Notes: generated from the sequence alone by a model not told the origin. Shown: positions 8,710 to 18,908, counted from the stretch's first letter. The stretch: DNA of 64,000 nt from a virus (IMGVR_UViG_3300035696_002894:1283-65282); one strand, 5' to 3'. Translations and numbers: made by a program.

Positions 8710-10107
8710 CTAGGCGCTCTCGATTACGACGGCGCGCTTGTACCGGGCCGGCGAGAGGGTCGCCGTGATGTCCGACGGGCACGCGAACGCTGTCGACGCG
8801 CTCCACGTGTGGGAGACAACGTCTTGCAGTCGGTCGATCGGGGAACGGATGACGAGCCGCACACCGTCGGTGCCAATCGCGAGCCCGTTGTTGACGATGG
8901 CGAACTCGCCCATCTTCCCAGTCACACCCGCCTCGCCGATGTATTGCGTCTCGTCGAAGCCGCGCTCGATGAGCGTTCCCTTGCCCGTGATGACGCAGCG
9001 ATTGATCGACACGCCGAGGTTGTTGACGACCTCGCCGCCGATGTCGAATGCGTACGTCGCACCTGCGTTGCCGGTCGACACCTGTCCAATCGTCGTTGCC
9101 GTTGTCGGCGAGTCGTTGTTCATCACGAACATGACACCGAGAACCGGGTTGACCCAGCCCTGCTTGTAATTCGAGTGGTCAGGCAACGCCGTGTTCAGGC
9201 GCTGCCATGCCGGGTCGGAGAAGATCTCCGCGTCCATCACGGGGGGAAGGTGTCCGTGGAACCACCCATCGTCGTGCGGCTGCACACTGTTGGTACGCAG
9301 CACCTGCACCGCGTTCTTGATGTCCTGGAGCGTCAGCGTATCTGCCGCCGTGATTGCATCGACACCGAGCCCACCGCCAGAGCGGATGACAAGCGGCGCG
9401 ACGGTCGAGAGCACCGGCGTACGCACAGGCACGATTTGGCCGATGGCTGCACCGAGATAGAGCGTTCCTGGGCTGTTCGGGTCTGCTGGGTTGTTCAGCT
9501 GCACGCCGACGACCGTGTTCGTCAGGTACGATCCGCCGAAGGGGATACGGATCGCGAGCGGGTTCGCGCTCGAAACCGGAACGGGACGCACGTTCGTAGC
9601 GGCGTTCACGACATCCGTGAACCCGTTGACGCTCGCAACCTGGATGACCGTGTCCGAGGATGCCGTGATAACGGTGCTCATCGTCTGTCCGCTGATGTAA
9701 CTCTGGAAGAGCACATTGCGGGGCACGCGGTTGAGCGTCATGCCGGCCTGGATGCCCTGCTGCTGAATATTCCGGCTGAACTGGTCCGCGTTCGACAGAA
9801 CGCTCGTCGGCATGTGGGTGTCCATCGTGTCGCCGTAGCGCTGCATGGTCACGACCCACTGCTCGTACGTCAGCGTCTTCGGCGTCGGGTCCTGACCAGA
9901 AACGAGCGGCACAATCGCGGGCTGAAGCAGCCCGGCACGGCTCATGATGATCTGGACACCGACCTGCGCGACCCACTCTTCCCAAAGCGCATCGGCGCGG
10001 TAGAGCATCTGCGGCACGAGTGCATCGTGGAACGCACGCACGAGAAGGTTGGTCTGGATCAGGTTGAGGATCGCAGGCGGGATACCTAGGACGATTCCTG
10101 CTGGCAT
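8710..10107 (-). CDS. major capsid protein (N4 gp56-like, HK97 fold, with insertion domain)
   Basis: 465 aa from ATG 10107; LTYEQWVVTMQRYGDTMDT, ITAADTLTLQDIKNAVQVLRTNSV; downstream of portal and scaffold. Confidence 0.75.
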   Translation of the reverse strand: MPAGIVLGIPPAILNLIQTNLLVRAFHDALVPQMLYRADALWEEWVAQVGVQIIMSRAGLLQPAIVPLVSGQDPTPKTLTYEQWVVTMQRYGDTMDTHMPTSVLSNADQFSRNIQQQGIQAGMTLNRVPRNVLFQSYISGQTMSTVITASSDTVIQVASVNGFTDVVNAATNVRPVPVSSANPLAIRIPFGGSYLTNTVVGVQLNNPADPNSPGTLYLGAAIGQIVPVRTPVLSTVAPLVIRSGGGLGVDAITAADTLTLQDIKNAVQVLRTNSVQPHDDGWFHGHLPPVMDAEIFSDPAWQRLNTALPDHSNYKQGWVNPVLGVMFVMNNDSPTTATTIGQVSTGNAGATYAFDIGGEVVNNLGVSINRCVITGKGTLIERGFDETQYIGEAGVTGKMGEFAIVNNGLAIGTDGVRLVIRSPIDRLQDVVSHTWSASTAFACPSDITATLSPARYKRAVVIESA

Positions 10108-10228
10108 TGTGGAAATCTCCGAAAGGGGTTCTCTGCTCGCGCTCGGCTCGAGCGCCATTCTCGCCCTCTCGGTACCCGACGATCTGCCCGCGTCGGTTCG
10201 GTGTTCGGGGCTATCCGTTGCAGCCCAC

Positions 10229-10258
10229 ATCCTCCGCGCGCGAGAGCTGAAGTGTCAA
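10229..10258 (-). promoter_or_regulatory. possible sigma70-type promoter for the capsid gene
   Basis: Perfect TTGACA at 10258-10253, 18-nt spacer, weak -10 GAGGAT. Confidence 0.35.
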
Positions 10259-10459
10259 GCGCACGGCATTATCAAGGCGTGCCTAGCAAACGAAACCGCA
10301 TCGCTCGAGAGATTGCATGTGTCTCTGACGACTACGCTGCGATCCACGATCGCTACCATGCACTACGCGACGCCGGACGGCACCCGCGCCTATTGCGCCG
10401 CACTATCCGGGCCGAAAACCTAACGTGTGAAGTTTCCCTCGTTATCGCGGACGTCGAAC

Positions 10460-11368
10460 CTATCGAGCCGGGTTGATGAACCGCATGTCGTTCGGAAGCG
10501 AGACGCCTTTCTCCCGCGCATAGGCGTACAGCTCGTCGCGCGTCATCTCCGAAACCTTCTTACCCCCCGCGCTAGAAGGCTGCGTCGCACTCGGCTTCTT
10601 GCCGGTAACGCGAGGATCGATCCCGTTGCTCGCCGGCCGCTTCTCGTGATGCTTTGACTCCTCATGCGCTTCTGACGCCGCGCTCATCGTCCGCGCAAAT
10701 TCCGGATGCTTCGCGACGTAATCCTTGAACCAATCCCCCTCATGCCCGACGAGCTTGTCTGCCGCGCGACGAGACATCCCGATTACTTTGGCTCTGAAGA
10801 TGTCGAGCACCATCTCGAGCTTGTCCGGATGCACATGCTCCTTCGCGCTCCGCTCGACGAGCTGCGCCGTCTTCTGAACAACCACCCGGTCGCGCATTCG
10901 GTTCGCTCTGCGCTCCGCGATTTCCTTCGCGCTGAACGCGGCGTCTCGATCGGCCTCGAGCTTCTGCCGCTCGCTCATCTCCGCGCGCTTGCGCTCCTCC
11001 GCTTCCTTCTCGAAGTCGTCGTACTTCTTCTTGATGGCAACGAGCGCATCCTTGTCCGACGTGCCGAAGAGCGCTTTGAGCTCCTTCTTCGTCGACTTCG
11101 CAACCCGCTCCTTGAAGCTCTCGTAGGGCATCGAGATGAACTTCTTGCCGTTCTTCTCCGTGATGCCGAGCTCACTCGCAGGTTCGCTTGTGTCCGCAGC
11201 AGCGGAAGCACCGTTCGTGTTCCCGTTCGCAGAGCCGTTCGTGCTTCCTGCCTGAACACTCGCAGGTGTCGCTTTCCCACCTTCCCCGGCTGTAGCTGCC
11301 CCTGTTTTGTTCGCTTGCTGCGTAGATGTCTCTGTCGTGACCACTGTTGCTGCTATCGCCTCTGGCAT
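10460..11368 (-). CDS. capsid scaffolding protein
   Basis: Charged coiled coil (EAEERKRAEMSERQKLEA), disordered ends, immediately upstream of the capsid gene. Confidence 0.6.
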   Translation of the reverse strand: MPEAIAATVVTTETSTQQANKTGAATAGEGGKATPASVQAGSTNGSANGNTNGASAAADTSEPASELGITEKNGKKFISMPYESFKERVAKSTKKELKALFGTSDKDALVAIKKKYDDFEKEAEERKRAEMSERQKLEADRDAAFSAKEIAERRANRMRDRVVVQKTAQLVERSAKEHVHPDKLEMVLDIFRAKVIGMSRRAADKLVGHEGDWFKDYVAKHPEFARTMSAASEAHEESKHHEKRPASNGIDPRVTGKKPSATQPSSAGGKKVSEMTRDELYAYAREKGVSLPNDMRFINPAR

Positions 11369-11453
11369 CGTTGCGTCTCCTCGCAAGAACGCCCCGAGGT
11401 CGCCCCCGAGGCGTTCGATCTACGCGCCCGCGTCTCCTCGCGGCGCGATGTTT

Positions 11454-12191
11454 TCAAGTGTCTGAGTTTGCAGCTTCGAGCAGCGTGTTCACGTCCGCAC
11501 CGCCCGCAGCACCCGAGTAAACCAGCACGTCAACCACCGCCTGCGTAACTCCGTCGGTCGCGTGGTTGAACCAGATGCCTGTGCCGTCAACGCTCAGCGC
11601 TGCCTTCGTGGTCAAGGTCACAGCCGTCGCCGGAGCAACGATGATCTTCTGCCCCGTGATCGTTCCCGCGATCACATTCGCCTGCATGAGTAGGAGCGCC
11701 GTGCCGCTCAGGTTCGATGGCAACGCCGCAAACCCAGTCGAGGCTACATTCAAGGTCAGGCTCGTCACACCGTTCACGTTATTCGCGAGCTGCCCTTGCA
11801 CGTCTCCCTTGACCGGGATGTAGGTGATGTCCGCGCTCGTGACCGCATCACTCCCGAGGAAGACGATGTCTCCGTTCGGAGCGATCGCAACCTGCGTGGT
11901 CGACGGCGTCGTGCCGTAAGGCTCGATTGTGAACTCACCCGCAGTGACGCCGCACGTTTTGACGGTGCAGCGAAGAATGACCGCCGCCTTTGCATCCTCG
12001 GGCAGCACGACCGTGCCGAGCGACGCGAGTTGCTGCGGTGTCGCACCTGTCGCGCTTGGCGCTACTCCGCGCAGATAGACAGGAAGGGTGCGCAGAACAT
12101 CGCCGAAGTTGATCGAGCGGAGTGCGTCGGCGATGGAGTTCGGATCGACCCGGTTGAAGTACTCGCGCAGTGACTCGTAGGTGTTCGTCAT
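11454..12191 (-). CDS. virion structural protein, paralog of 12216-12956 (possible head decoration)
   Basis: Shared FGDVLR.LPV.L, VLPEDAKAA, APNGDIVF, GVTSLTL.VASTGFAALP, ALSVDGTGIW. Confidence 0.5.
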   Translation of the reverse strand: MTNTYESLREYFNRVDPNSIADALRSINFGDVLRTLPVYLRGVAPSATGATPQQLASLGTVVLPEDAKAAVILRCTVKTCGVTAGEFTIEPYGTTPSTTQVAIAPNGDIVFLGSDAVTSADITYIPVKGDVQGQLANNVNGVTSLTLNVASTGFAALPSNLSGTALLLMQANVIAGTITGQKIIVAPATAVTLTTKAALSVDGTGIWFNHATDGVTQAVVDVLVYSGAAGGADVNTLLEAANSDT

Positions 12192-12215
12192 GATCGTCCT
12201 CTTGCCTTCCCGTCG

Positions 12216-12956
12216 TCAGATGTCCGAAGACGCCGCTTCGAGCAGCGCGTTCACGTCCACGGTGTTGTAGACGAGCACGTCGACCGTCACGCGCGTCGGC
12301 GCGTCGTCGGTGTGATCGAGCCAGATGCCAGTACCATCAACGCTCAACGCGGCGTTCAGTGACGTGGTCGTTACGCTCGTCGTCGGTGCAACGACCACGC
12401 ACTCGCCAGTGTTGGTTCCCGAGACGATGTTCGCCTGCATGAGCAGGAGCGCCTTGCCGCTGAATGCAGCCGGAAGTGCAGCGAATCCGGTCGACGCAAC
12501 CTGGAGCGTCAAACTCGTCACGCCAAGCACACTGTTTGCGCACTGTCCCTTTACCGAGCCCTTGACCGGTACGTAGAGCACATCGACCTGGGTGACAGCA
12601 TCAGTGCTGTAGAAAACGATGTCCCCGTTCGGCGCGACCGAAACCTCCTTCGTCGCCGGATGCGAGCCCGCAGCGTATGCGGCGATCGCATACTCGCCGG
12701 TCTTGCTATTCGCCCCCTTGCGCACCGTGCACCTGAGCACCGACGCTGCTTTCGCGTCCTCGGGCAGCACGATGGTGAGCAGCCCGGTCGGCTGCTGAGG
12801 TACCGCACCCGATACGCTCGGAACGACCCCGAAGAGCTGCACAGGCAGCGCACGAAGCACATCACCGAACACCAGCGTGCGAAGCATGTCGGAAAGACCG
12901 CTCAGATCCGACCTGTTGAGGCTCTCGCGCAGCGATTCGATCGTGTTCATCGTCAT
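12216..12956 (-). CDS. virion structural protein, paralog of 11454-12191
   Basis: Same shared motifs along the full length. Confidence 0.5.
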   Translation of the reverse strand: MTMNTIESLRESLNRSDLSGLSDMLRTLVFGDVLRALPVQLFGVVPSVSGAVPQQPTGLLTIVLPEDAKAASVLRCTVRKGANSKTGEYAIAAYAAGSHPATKEVSVAPNGDIVFYSTDAVTQVDVLYVPVKGSVKGQCANSVLGVTSLTLQVASTGFAALPAAFSGKALLLMQANIVSGTNTGECVVVAPTTSVTTTSLNAALSVDGTGIWLDHTDDAPTRVTVDVLVYNTVDVNALLEAASSDI

Positions 12957-13022
12957 AGCTGTCCTCTCGGTTGCGTCTCCTGGGGTATCAGGCGCGCGCT
13001 GCGCGCCGCAAGATGAGCGCTC

Positions 13023-13457
13023 TCAGGCCGGGCCGGAAATCAGGTACTCGAGATTGCACGTGCCCTGCGCAGCAAGCCCCGTGAGATACCCGCCGACGGG
13101 AAACTCCCAGAGCCCACTACCCCCAAGATTCACGACGCTCACGACGGCGGAACCTCCGGCGAGGTTCTGCTGCGTGAGCTGGATCTGCACCGGCGCGTCG
13201 CTCTTGATGTAGACCGTGTCCGCCATCGTCACGTCGTCAGTCGCGCCGAGCCCACCGATGGCTTGGAACGAACTCGGCGAGCTGAGCGCCTTGTTTCCCC
13301 CGGCGTGCTTCACGCTCGGCTTCGTCGTCGGCGTCAACGAGAGCGGTATGCTCGTCACACCGGCGGGAACCGGAATGCCTGCACAAGCGTAACTAGGTGC
13401 CTCCTGGACGCAGCTGGGGCTCTGGACGATCTGCCCCGAGACGCGAAGCTGGCCCAC
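13023..13457 (-). CDS. hypothetical virion protein
   Basis: 144 aa, beta-rich, in the head cluster. Confidence 0.45.
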   Translation of the reverse strand: MGQLRVSGQIVQSPSCVQEAPSYACAGIPVPAGVTSIPLSLTPTTKPSVKHAGGNKALSSPSSFQAIGGLGATDDVTMADTVYIKSDAPVQIQLTQQNLAGGSAVVSVVNLGGSGLWEFPVGGYLTGLAAQGTCNLEYLISGPA

Positions 13458-13460
13458 GGC

Positions 13461-13853
13461 CTATCGCCCGGTCAGCTTGTACGGCTTTCGGTTCGGTCCA
13501 CCTGGCGCGCTACCCACGGCGAACCCGCTCTTCGGATCAGTCCTGACCGTAGAAGGCTCCGCGCCGCCCTTGACGAACGGAAGCTTGCCGCCTTCGGGCA
13601 CACTTTCCTTGTTCTCGTAGCTGCCCTTCTGCTGCGTCGGCGTCGCCATATTGCCTCCAGGGTTCGCGATGAAGTCATTGCCCCCGCTCTTGTCGCCGGT
13701 CCCCGAGGGGTTGGCGATGAAGTCGTTGCCATTGCCTGACGACGTGCCTGCCGGGTTCTTCATAAAGTCGTTGCCGCCAGCCGGCTTGCCGCCATCTGCG
13801 GGTCCGAAGGGGCTCGTCTTGCCGTCGCCGCTCATGCTTCCGTTGCCTGCCAT
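13461..13853 (-). CDS. Gly-rich low-complexity protein with three GNDF repeats
   Basis: GNDFMKNP, GNDFIANP twice; GGAG RBS; ends KPYKLTGR. Confidence 0.5.
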   Translation of the reverse strand: MAGNGSMSGDGKTSPFGPADGGKPAGGNDFMKNPAGTSSGNGNDFIANPSGTGDKSGGNDFIANPGGNMATPTQQKGSYENKESVPEGGKLPFVKGGAEPSTVRTDPKSGFAVGSAPGGPNRKPYKLTGR

Positions 13854-13866
13854 GGGTGCTCTCCGT

Positions 13867-13886
13867 CCTTGAGGTCGACCTCAAGG
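13867..13886. repeat. 20-bp palindrome, perfect
   Basis: Intergenic. Confidence 0.97.
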
Positions 13887-13900
13887 CTCACACGTTCGAG

Positions 13901-14143
13901 CTACTTCGTCACCTTGTACGGCTTGTGCGGTGCGTCGGGAGGCGGATACGGGATTTCGTCCCGGTACTGCCTGCGCCCACTCGGCCCGACGCTATAGCCC
14001 GAACGAGGACCATCCGGAGACGACTCTTTCAATGCCCGATCCGTGCTCCCCACGACTGGGGATAAGCCTGGCTTCTCATTGGGCATCCGGATCGCAGCAA
14101 GCGGCTTCGGAGGTGTCGGCGTCGGCTTGATCTTCATGCACAT
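13901..14143 (-). CDS. Pro-rich hypothetical protein
   Basis: About 80 aa, ends KPYKVTK; start re-set from ORF track. Confidence 0.4.
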   Translation of the reverse strand: MCMKIKPTPTPPKPLAAIRMPNEKPGLSPVVGSTDRALKESSPDGPRSGYSVGPSGRRQYRDEIPYPPPDAPHKPYKVTK

Positions 14144-14178
14144 GCGGAACCTCCGTCGCGTTCGATCCGAGAATTTCG

Positions 14179-14919
14179 TTAGGGAAGAACGGTGTACAGC
14201 ACGTCGAGCACGAGCGCGCCCGCAGTAGCAGCGTTCACGTCCGCACCCGTCGCCGTCACAGTCGCGACAAGCTGGGAGCTCGACGCGTAGAACGCGAAGG
14301 GGTCCACGCCCCCGGTCGAAGCCTGTGTGCTCGAGAAGTTCCCCGCAGAAGTGAGGATGTCGAGCGCGTCGAAGATGTCGGTCGTACGTCCCGAGATGCC
14401 CACGTTCATCTTCATCGAAGCGATAGCACCACCAGAGAACGCACTCGTGAGGCGACACTCGGTGCTCAGGATGCGGCTGTTTGCCGGCAGCGCCGTTCCG
14501 ACGTTGAAGCTCTGCGACAACCCCACCGTCGTGAGCTGGGCAAAGCCAAGCGTGAGCTCCTTCTTCGAGATGGCGGTTGCGACGGTTGCTGCGATTGGAC
14601 CGAACGCGCTCCCACTGACACCGGACGGACCCTCGAGCGCACCTCCGCTGCCGCCCGCAAGGCTGTAGAAAGCACTCGCGAACATCATGTCGGAGAGTTT
14701 CGCAGATTGCCCCTGTCCGCGGTTCTTGAGCGTCATCACGAGCGCTGCTGCTGCAGCAACGACCGTATCGCTCGACGGCCAGAGGATACCGCCCGCTGCG
14801 AGGATGCCTGCGGTCGGTATCTGCGTATCGTCGATGTACTGCCCCGGGAAGAACCTAACCGGGCCCTGACCCTGCGCGCCGTCCACGATCGTCTCGTTCA
14901 GCAGGTACCAAGTCGACAT
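14179..14919 (-). CDS. virion structural protein; N-terminus resembles 27165-27809
   Basis: LLN...PG.....AGG.L...S.VV.AAAAL......GQ pattern shared by eye. Confidence 0.45.
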   Translation of the reverse strand: MSTWYLLNETIVDGAQGQGPVRFFPGQYIDDTQIPTAGILAAGGILWPSSDTVVAAAAALVMTLKNRGQGQSAKLSDMMFASAFYSLAGGSGGALEGPSGVSGSAFGPIAATVATAISKKELTLGFAQLTTVGLSQSFNVGTALPANSRILSTECRLTSAFSGGAIASMKMNVGISGRTTDIFDALDILTSAGNFSSTQASTGGVDPFAFYASSSQLVATVTATGADVNAATAGALVLDVLYTVLP

Positions 14920-14951
14920 CGCTACTCTCCCGCAGAGGTTGTTGCTTTCTC

Positions 14952-15977
14952 CTACGGGTAGCGCTTCGACGGCCGGCTAAGCAACTCAGGCATCCTTGAG
15001 GTCGACATGACCGCGGGGCGCCCGTGGTACTTCAGTTTTTGCTTCTCGTACTCACGCTGCACATCCGCATCACTCTTCGGCCGGAACGCAGCCGGCACTG
15101 GCCATGACATCCGATGCGCGACGACAACCTCGCGATCGTTGGGCCGGTTCGGCGGCGTCATGAAGTGCGCGTGATCGCCCTTCCAGTTCACGTACTCGAA
15201 CGGCTCGTTCATGCCCCGCACTTCGCCATGCACGTTCCACGAGTCCGCACCGGTTCGGTTGTCGAACGTCGCGACGAGGATGCGCACCATGTCTCCGAGC
15301 TCCTCGTGCGCGCGCTTCATCGCCTCTTGACCACCCTTGTTGTACGCGGCAAACGTCTCCGTGCGGGTCAGCCTCTCCGCCCAGTACTTCGGAGCACCTT
15401 GAAGGAACGGCGATGCTTTCACGAAGCTTGCCCTGACCTCGTCCCAGGGCTTCCTCGTCACGAGCGCGCTCTGCATCTCCCGCTCGAACTTCTCGGCAAC
15501 AGAAAACCCGTAGCGCTGCAGGATGCCTCCCCCCTTGCCATCCGGGTGCTCGACCATGAGCCTGCGGACCACGCTCGCGTTCGCACCCACAACCGCGGCG
15601 TCACTCATCGCGGCCTCGTCGAGCGCGAGCGGCTGGACGATCCCCGTAAACTGCTTCTCCGCTGCTTTCAGGTATCGAGCGACCCCGTCCGAAGCATCCC
15701 TCGCCGCAACCTCGGCACGCGCCGGAATATAGCCGCCCAACCTATCGACGAGGCTCCGGAGCACGAACCGGATCTCGCGCAAGGTCAGCTCCATCTGCCT
15801 TCGCGTAAAGCTCTTACCCATGCTCGGCCGGAGTGCACGATGCGTCTCTAGCCGCGCGGCAAGGTCCGTCTCCGCGCTCTTCAGGATGCGATAGAGCGCT
15901 TGCCCACTCGTCCTGTCGGCAAGCGCGAGAGCCTCGACTCTGGCGCGGCGGAAGATGGCGAGGGGATCGTTCGGCAC
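14952..15977 (-). CDS. minor head / head morphogenesis protein (SPP1 gp7 / Mu gpF family)
   Basis: AERLTRTETFAAYNKG, DNRTGADS, PPNRPNDR; directly after portal. Confidence 0.75.
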   Translation of the reverse strand: MPNDPLAIFRRARVEALALADRTSGQALYRILKSAETDLAARLETHRALRPSMGKSFTRRQMELTLREIRFVLRSLVDRLGGYIPARAEVAARDASDGVARYLKAAEKQFTGIVQPLALDEAAMSDAAVVGANASVVRRLMVEHPDGKGGGILQRYGFSVAEKFEREMQSALVTRKPWDEVRASFVKASPFLQGAPKYWAERLTRTETFAAYNKGGQEAMKRAHEELGDMVRILVATFDNRTGADSWNVHGEVRGMNEPFEYVNWKGDHAHFMTPPNRPNDREVVVAHRMSWPVPAAFRPKSDADVQREYEKQKLKYHGRPAVMSTSRMPELLSRPSKRYP

Positions 15978-15990
15978 GATCGCGAGCTTA

Positions 15991-16010
15991 CCTTGAGGTC
16001 GACCTCAAGG
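15991..16010. repeat. 20-bp palindrome, perfect
   Basis: Abuts TAAGCT. Confidence 0.97.
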
Positions 16011-16146
16011 TCGCAGCCCACAACGGACCAACAAGCGGCTAGCCCCGATGCACAAGTCGCAAAAGCAACGGCTTTCAGAGTGTGCGTTTCGCCCGCGTGC
16101 GATCTTGAGCCATGCGCGGTGCATAGCTAGAAGCCTACGCGCGCCC

Positions 16147-18042
16147 TCAATCCGCTTCAGATGAAAGCTTCGGTCCCTTGAGCTTGCCGATCGGAGGTTC
16201 TTCGCCATCCACGCCTCCCGCGGAACCAGCCCGCTGTGCCCCGACGTTGCCCGTGAACGCGCCTTTCGACATCCCCCCGCCCTGTCCTCCCAGAACACCC
16301 CCCGGCGCACCTGTCGCACCTGCAAACGGCACGGGCTTCGGTTCTGCCGTACCCGAGCTCAAGATCTTCAGCTCCCCCTCCCCTGGGAGCTTCTTCGTCA
16401 GCTCGGTCGTTCTGCCGCCGGCATCCGCGTCCCCAAACGCGTTCGCAGCCATCTCGTGCTCCGCTTGCTGCTCACTCTGAAGCCGCTTCCACTCCTCTGC
16501 AGGATCGCGCCCGTAGGTCTTCGCAGCCTCCTCGTTCGCCGTCTGCGTGCTGATGATCTGCTTCGCCCCCGTCGCGGTACTCAGCGTCGCGATCTCCGCC
16601 GTTCGATCCGTCGCCGTCGCCTGGAAGTACGCAGGCCATTGAAGGTCCAGATCTTCACTCACGCCTGGGACACGCTCGACGAGCTTCTCGTTCTTCTCGC
16701 CCGTCGTCGAATCCACGTCACTCACGACGCGCGGCGGAAGCTTTACGATCTCCTCATCACTCCGATCCCTAGCAACGCGCATCATCTGTGAGACGAGCTG
16801 CGCGACCGCCTTGCCGTACGTACCGCGCAGCACATTACCCGCGCTGAGCATCGGCGCGTAGATGACTTTCAGCGCGACACTACTGATGCCTGCAGCTGCG
16901 ACTTCGTTCGGATCTGCGAGCACGCACTGCGCAACCTCGAGAATCGCCTTCTTCTTCTCGTTGAAGAGCGCGAGCCCCGCCGTCACGCTCGTACCAGCTA
17001 GCTCGAGGTACTTCGCATCGCCGTCCGCACCGACCCTCAACGCGTTGTCCGACCCCTTCGCAACCTCGCGGGTCTGGAGCTTCGCGGGGTCCATCTTCAG
17101 AACGAGCGTCGGATCGAGGTTCAGGACCGTACCGCGGGTCAGAACGCTATAGACGATGTCGAGATCGTCGAAGTCGTCTGTTTGCCCATCGTAATCGGGT
17201 AAGCCGTCGATCTCGTCACTCGGGATGTTCTGTACCCAAACGAAGTGCGCCGCCCCATCGTTGTGCTCGATCACCTCGGCGGGCACCCACGTGGGCTCGA
17301 CTACCTTGCCGTGCTCGCGGACCGGACACGGCTCGAAGAGCACGTCCCGATCGGTATCCCAGTAGCGATGGTACCAGTACCAGTTCTGAACGAACCGCCG
17401 CTTCTCCGCGTCCCATTCCTCATACGGATAGGTGTAGACCTCGCTGATCTTCGCAGGCACGAGCTCCTGACGGTCAAGCCATTCGTGCACGACGAGATGC
17501 TTCGCTCTGTGGATCTCGATGCGCGGTTTGCCCGCGTGGAAGGACCACGAGATGCCTACGGTGCCGCATCCGCCGCCCCAATTGCGAGCCTGGATCATCT
17601 TCGGCCAGAGATCGCACGCCAGCACGAGTGCCGCCGCGTAGTCACTGGCATCGTCATCGCCCGGGTACTTCAGAGCCGGGCATCGGTCCTCGCCAAAGAG
17701 CAGCGCGGAGAAGGCGTTCACGATCAGCTTCGCGAGCGGGTACTGCGCTCTCGGATACCGCTGCGCAAGCGGCACCAGGAAGGGTGCCGGCGCGCTCGCG
17801 AACATCGGCACCGATGTCGGCGGTCCTGGCATCCGGACGTTACCGTCGAAGTCGGCGAACTTGTGCCAGTGCTGGCTGCACTGCGCATAGCTCTCGCGCC
17901 GCTGGAGCATCTGAAAACGCGGGCTGTTCAGAAGCGACTGCGCGCCGAAGTTCCTATCGAACGTGACCGGCGCATGGCTCGCGTTCTCTGCACCGTGCGG
18001 GGTCACGGCGTAGGTCGACGGAAGGGTCACGGCTCCGGGCAT
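16147..18042 (-). CDS. portal protein (SPP1 gp6-like)
   Basis: 631 aa; LIVNAFSALLFGE, AAAGISSVALKVIYAPML, IISTQTA; precedes the gp7-like gene. Confidence 0.7.
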   Translation of the reverse strand: MPGAVTLPSTYAVTPHGAENASHAPVTFDRNFGAQSLLNSPRFQMLQRRESYAQCSQHWHKFADFDGNVRMPGPPTSVPMFASAPAPFLVPLAQRYPRAQYPLAKLIVNAFSALLFGEDRCPALKYPGDDDASDYAAALVLACDLWPKMIQARNWGGGCGTVGISWSFHAGKPRIEIHRAKHLVVHEWLDRQELVPAKISEVYTYPYEEWDAEKRRFVQNWYWYHRYWDTDRDVLFEPCPVREHGKVVEPTWVPAEVIEHNDGAAHFVWVQNIPSDEIDGLPDYDGQTDDFDDLDIVYSVLTRGTVLNLDPTLVLKMDPAKLQTREVAKGSDNALRVGADGDAKYLELAGTSVTAGLALFNEKKKAILEVAQCVLADPNEVAAAGISSVALKVIYAPMLSAGNVLRGTYGKAVAQLVSQMMRVARDRSDEEIVKLPPRVVSDVDSTTGEKNEKLVERVPGVSEDLDLQWPAYFQATATDRTAEIATLSTATGAKQIISTQTANEEAAKTYGRDPAEEWKRLQSEQQAEHEMAANAFGDADAGGRTTELTKKLPGEGELKILSSGTAEPKPVPFAGATGAPGGVLGGQGGGMSKGAFTGNVGAQRAGSAGGVDGEEPPIGKLKGPKLSSEAD

Positions 18043-18060
18043 CGCGAAACCACCCTATCG

Positions 18061-18306
18061 TCAGGGTTCCTTGAGGTCGACCTCAAGGAAGCTAGGCGCG
18101 GAAGGCTCTGTGTCTCGCCGAGCACGGTCCATCTGCACCTGAAGTGCGCTGCGAACACGGTCCTCATCTTCCGCGTCTCCGATCTCGAGCGCCGTCGCAC
18201 GCACCGTCGCAGCTGCAAGATGCTCGGCGACATCCTCGGCGACATCTAGCTGCTGACAGTCCTCGAAGTAATCCACATCGCTCGAGAAGAACCATGCAGG
18301 GTTCAT
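18061..18306 (-). CDS. acidic hypothetical protein; C-terminus reads through the palindrome (LEVDLK)
   Basis: ATGA coupling to the lysozyme stop. Confidence 0.35.
   Translation of the reverse strand: MNPAWFFSSDVDYFEDCQQLDVAEDVAEHLAAATVRATALEIGDAEDEDRVRSALQVQMDRARRDTEPSAPSFLEVDLKEP
18067..18090. repeat. 20-bp palindrome (18069-18088) extended to 24 bp
   Basis: Upstream of portal. Confidence 0.97.
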
Positions 18307-18908
18307 GGCCAGGCGACCGTGTTCACGTCGGTGCCGTCGAGACACGCCGCGAACAGTTGCTGGTTCGCCTTGTTCCGCTGCGCGAGATTCGCGTCCGCAC
18401 GCGCATCCATCTCGCACTCGAGCGCGCACGTTGCCCAGTCTTGGAGCCGGAAGGCTGCGCAGAATTTCGGAAACTCATCGAGCCTGCCTTCTCCCATCGC
18501 GTACGCCATCGAGAGCGTCGCAGCCTGCGCGCTCGCGGGCGACACTTCCCAACACGCAAAGCGCTTCGCCAGGAGCGTGTCCGCTGCACGCATCCGTTCG
18601 CGGAAAAGCGCATCGACGCTCGCAGGCGTGAGCCGGATCGTCGTCACACTTGCGAATGCCGCACCCCCCTTCGGCGCCAGGTCGTCGCGCGCCTTTACGG
18701 CCTGCCAGGCTGCGAGCACAACGGCGCTTTCGACCGGCTCTGCACTCGCGACATCGACCCATGCGAGCGCAAGCGCGAGGGATGCCGGATCGACAAGGCA
18801 GCCGATACCGCATGTCACGAGGTTACGCCGATCGAGGTACAGAAACGGCAAGTCCCCCTCGAAGTGCTTGGACAACGCCAGGAACGGTTCGACGACGCTG
18901 CTCCTCAT
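18303..18908 (-). CDS. endolysin / lysozyme (GH24, T4-lysozyme-like)
   Basis: FEGDLPFLYLDRRNLVTCGIG matches the E...D...T catalytic pattern. Confidence 0.75.
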   Translation of the reverse strand: MRSSVVEPFLALSKHFEGDLPFLYLDRRNLVTCGIGCLVDPASLALALAWVDVASAEPVESAVVLAAWQAVKARDDLAPKGGAAFASVTTIRLTPASVDALFRERMRAADTLLAKRFACWEVSPASAQAATLSMAYAMGEGRLDEFPKFCAAFRLQDWATCALECEMDARADANLAQRNKANQQLFAACLDGTDVNTVAWP

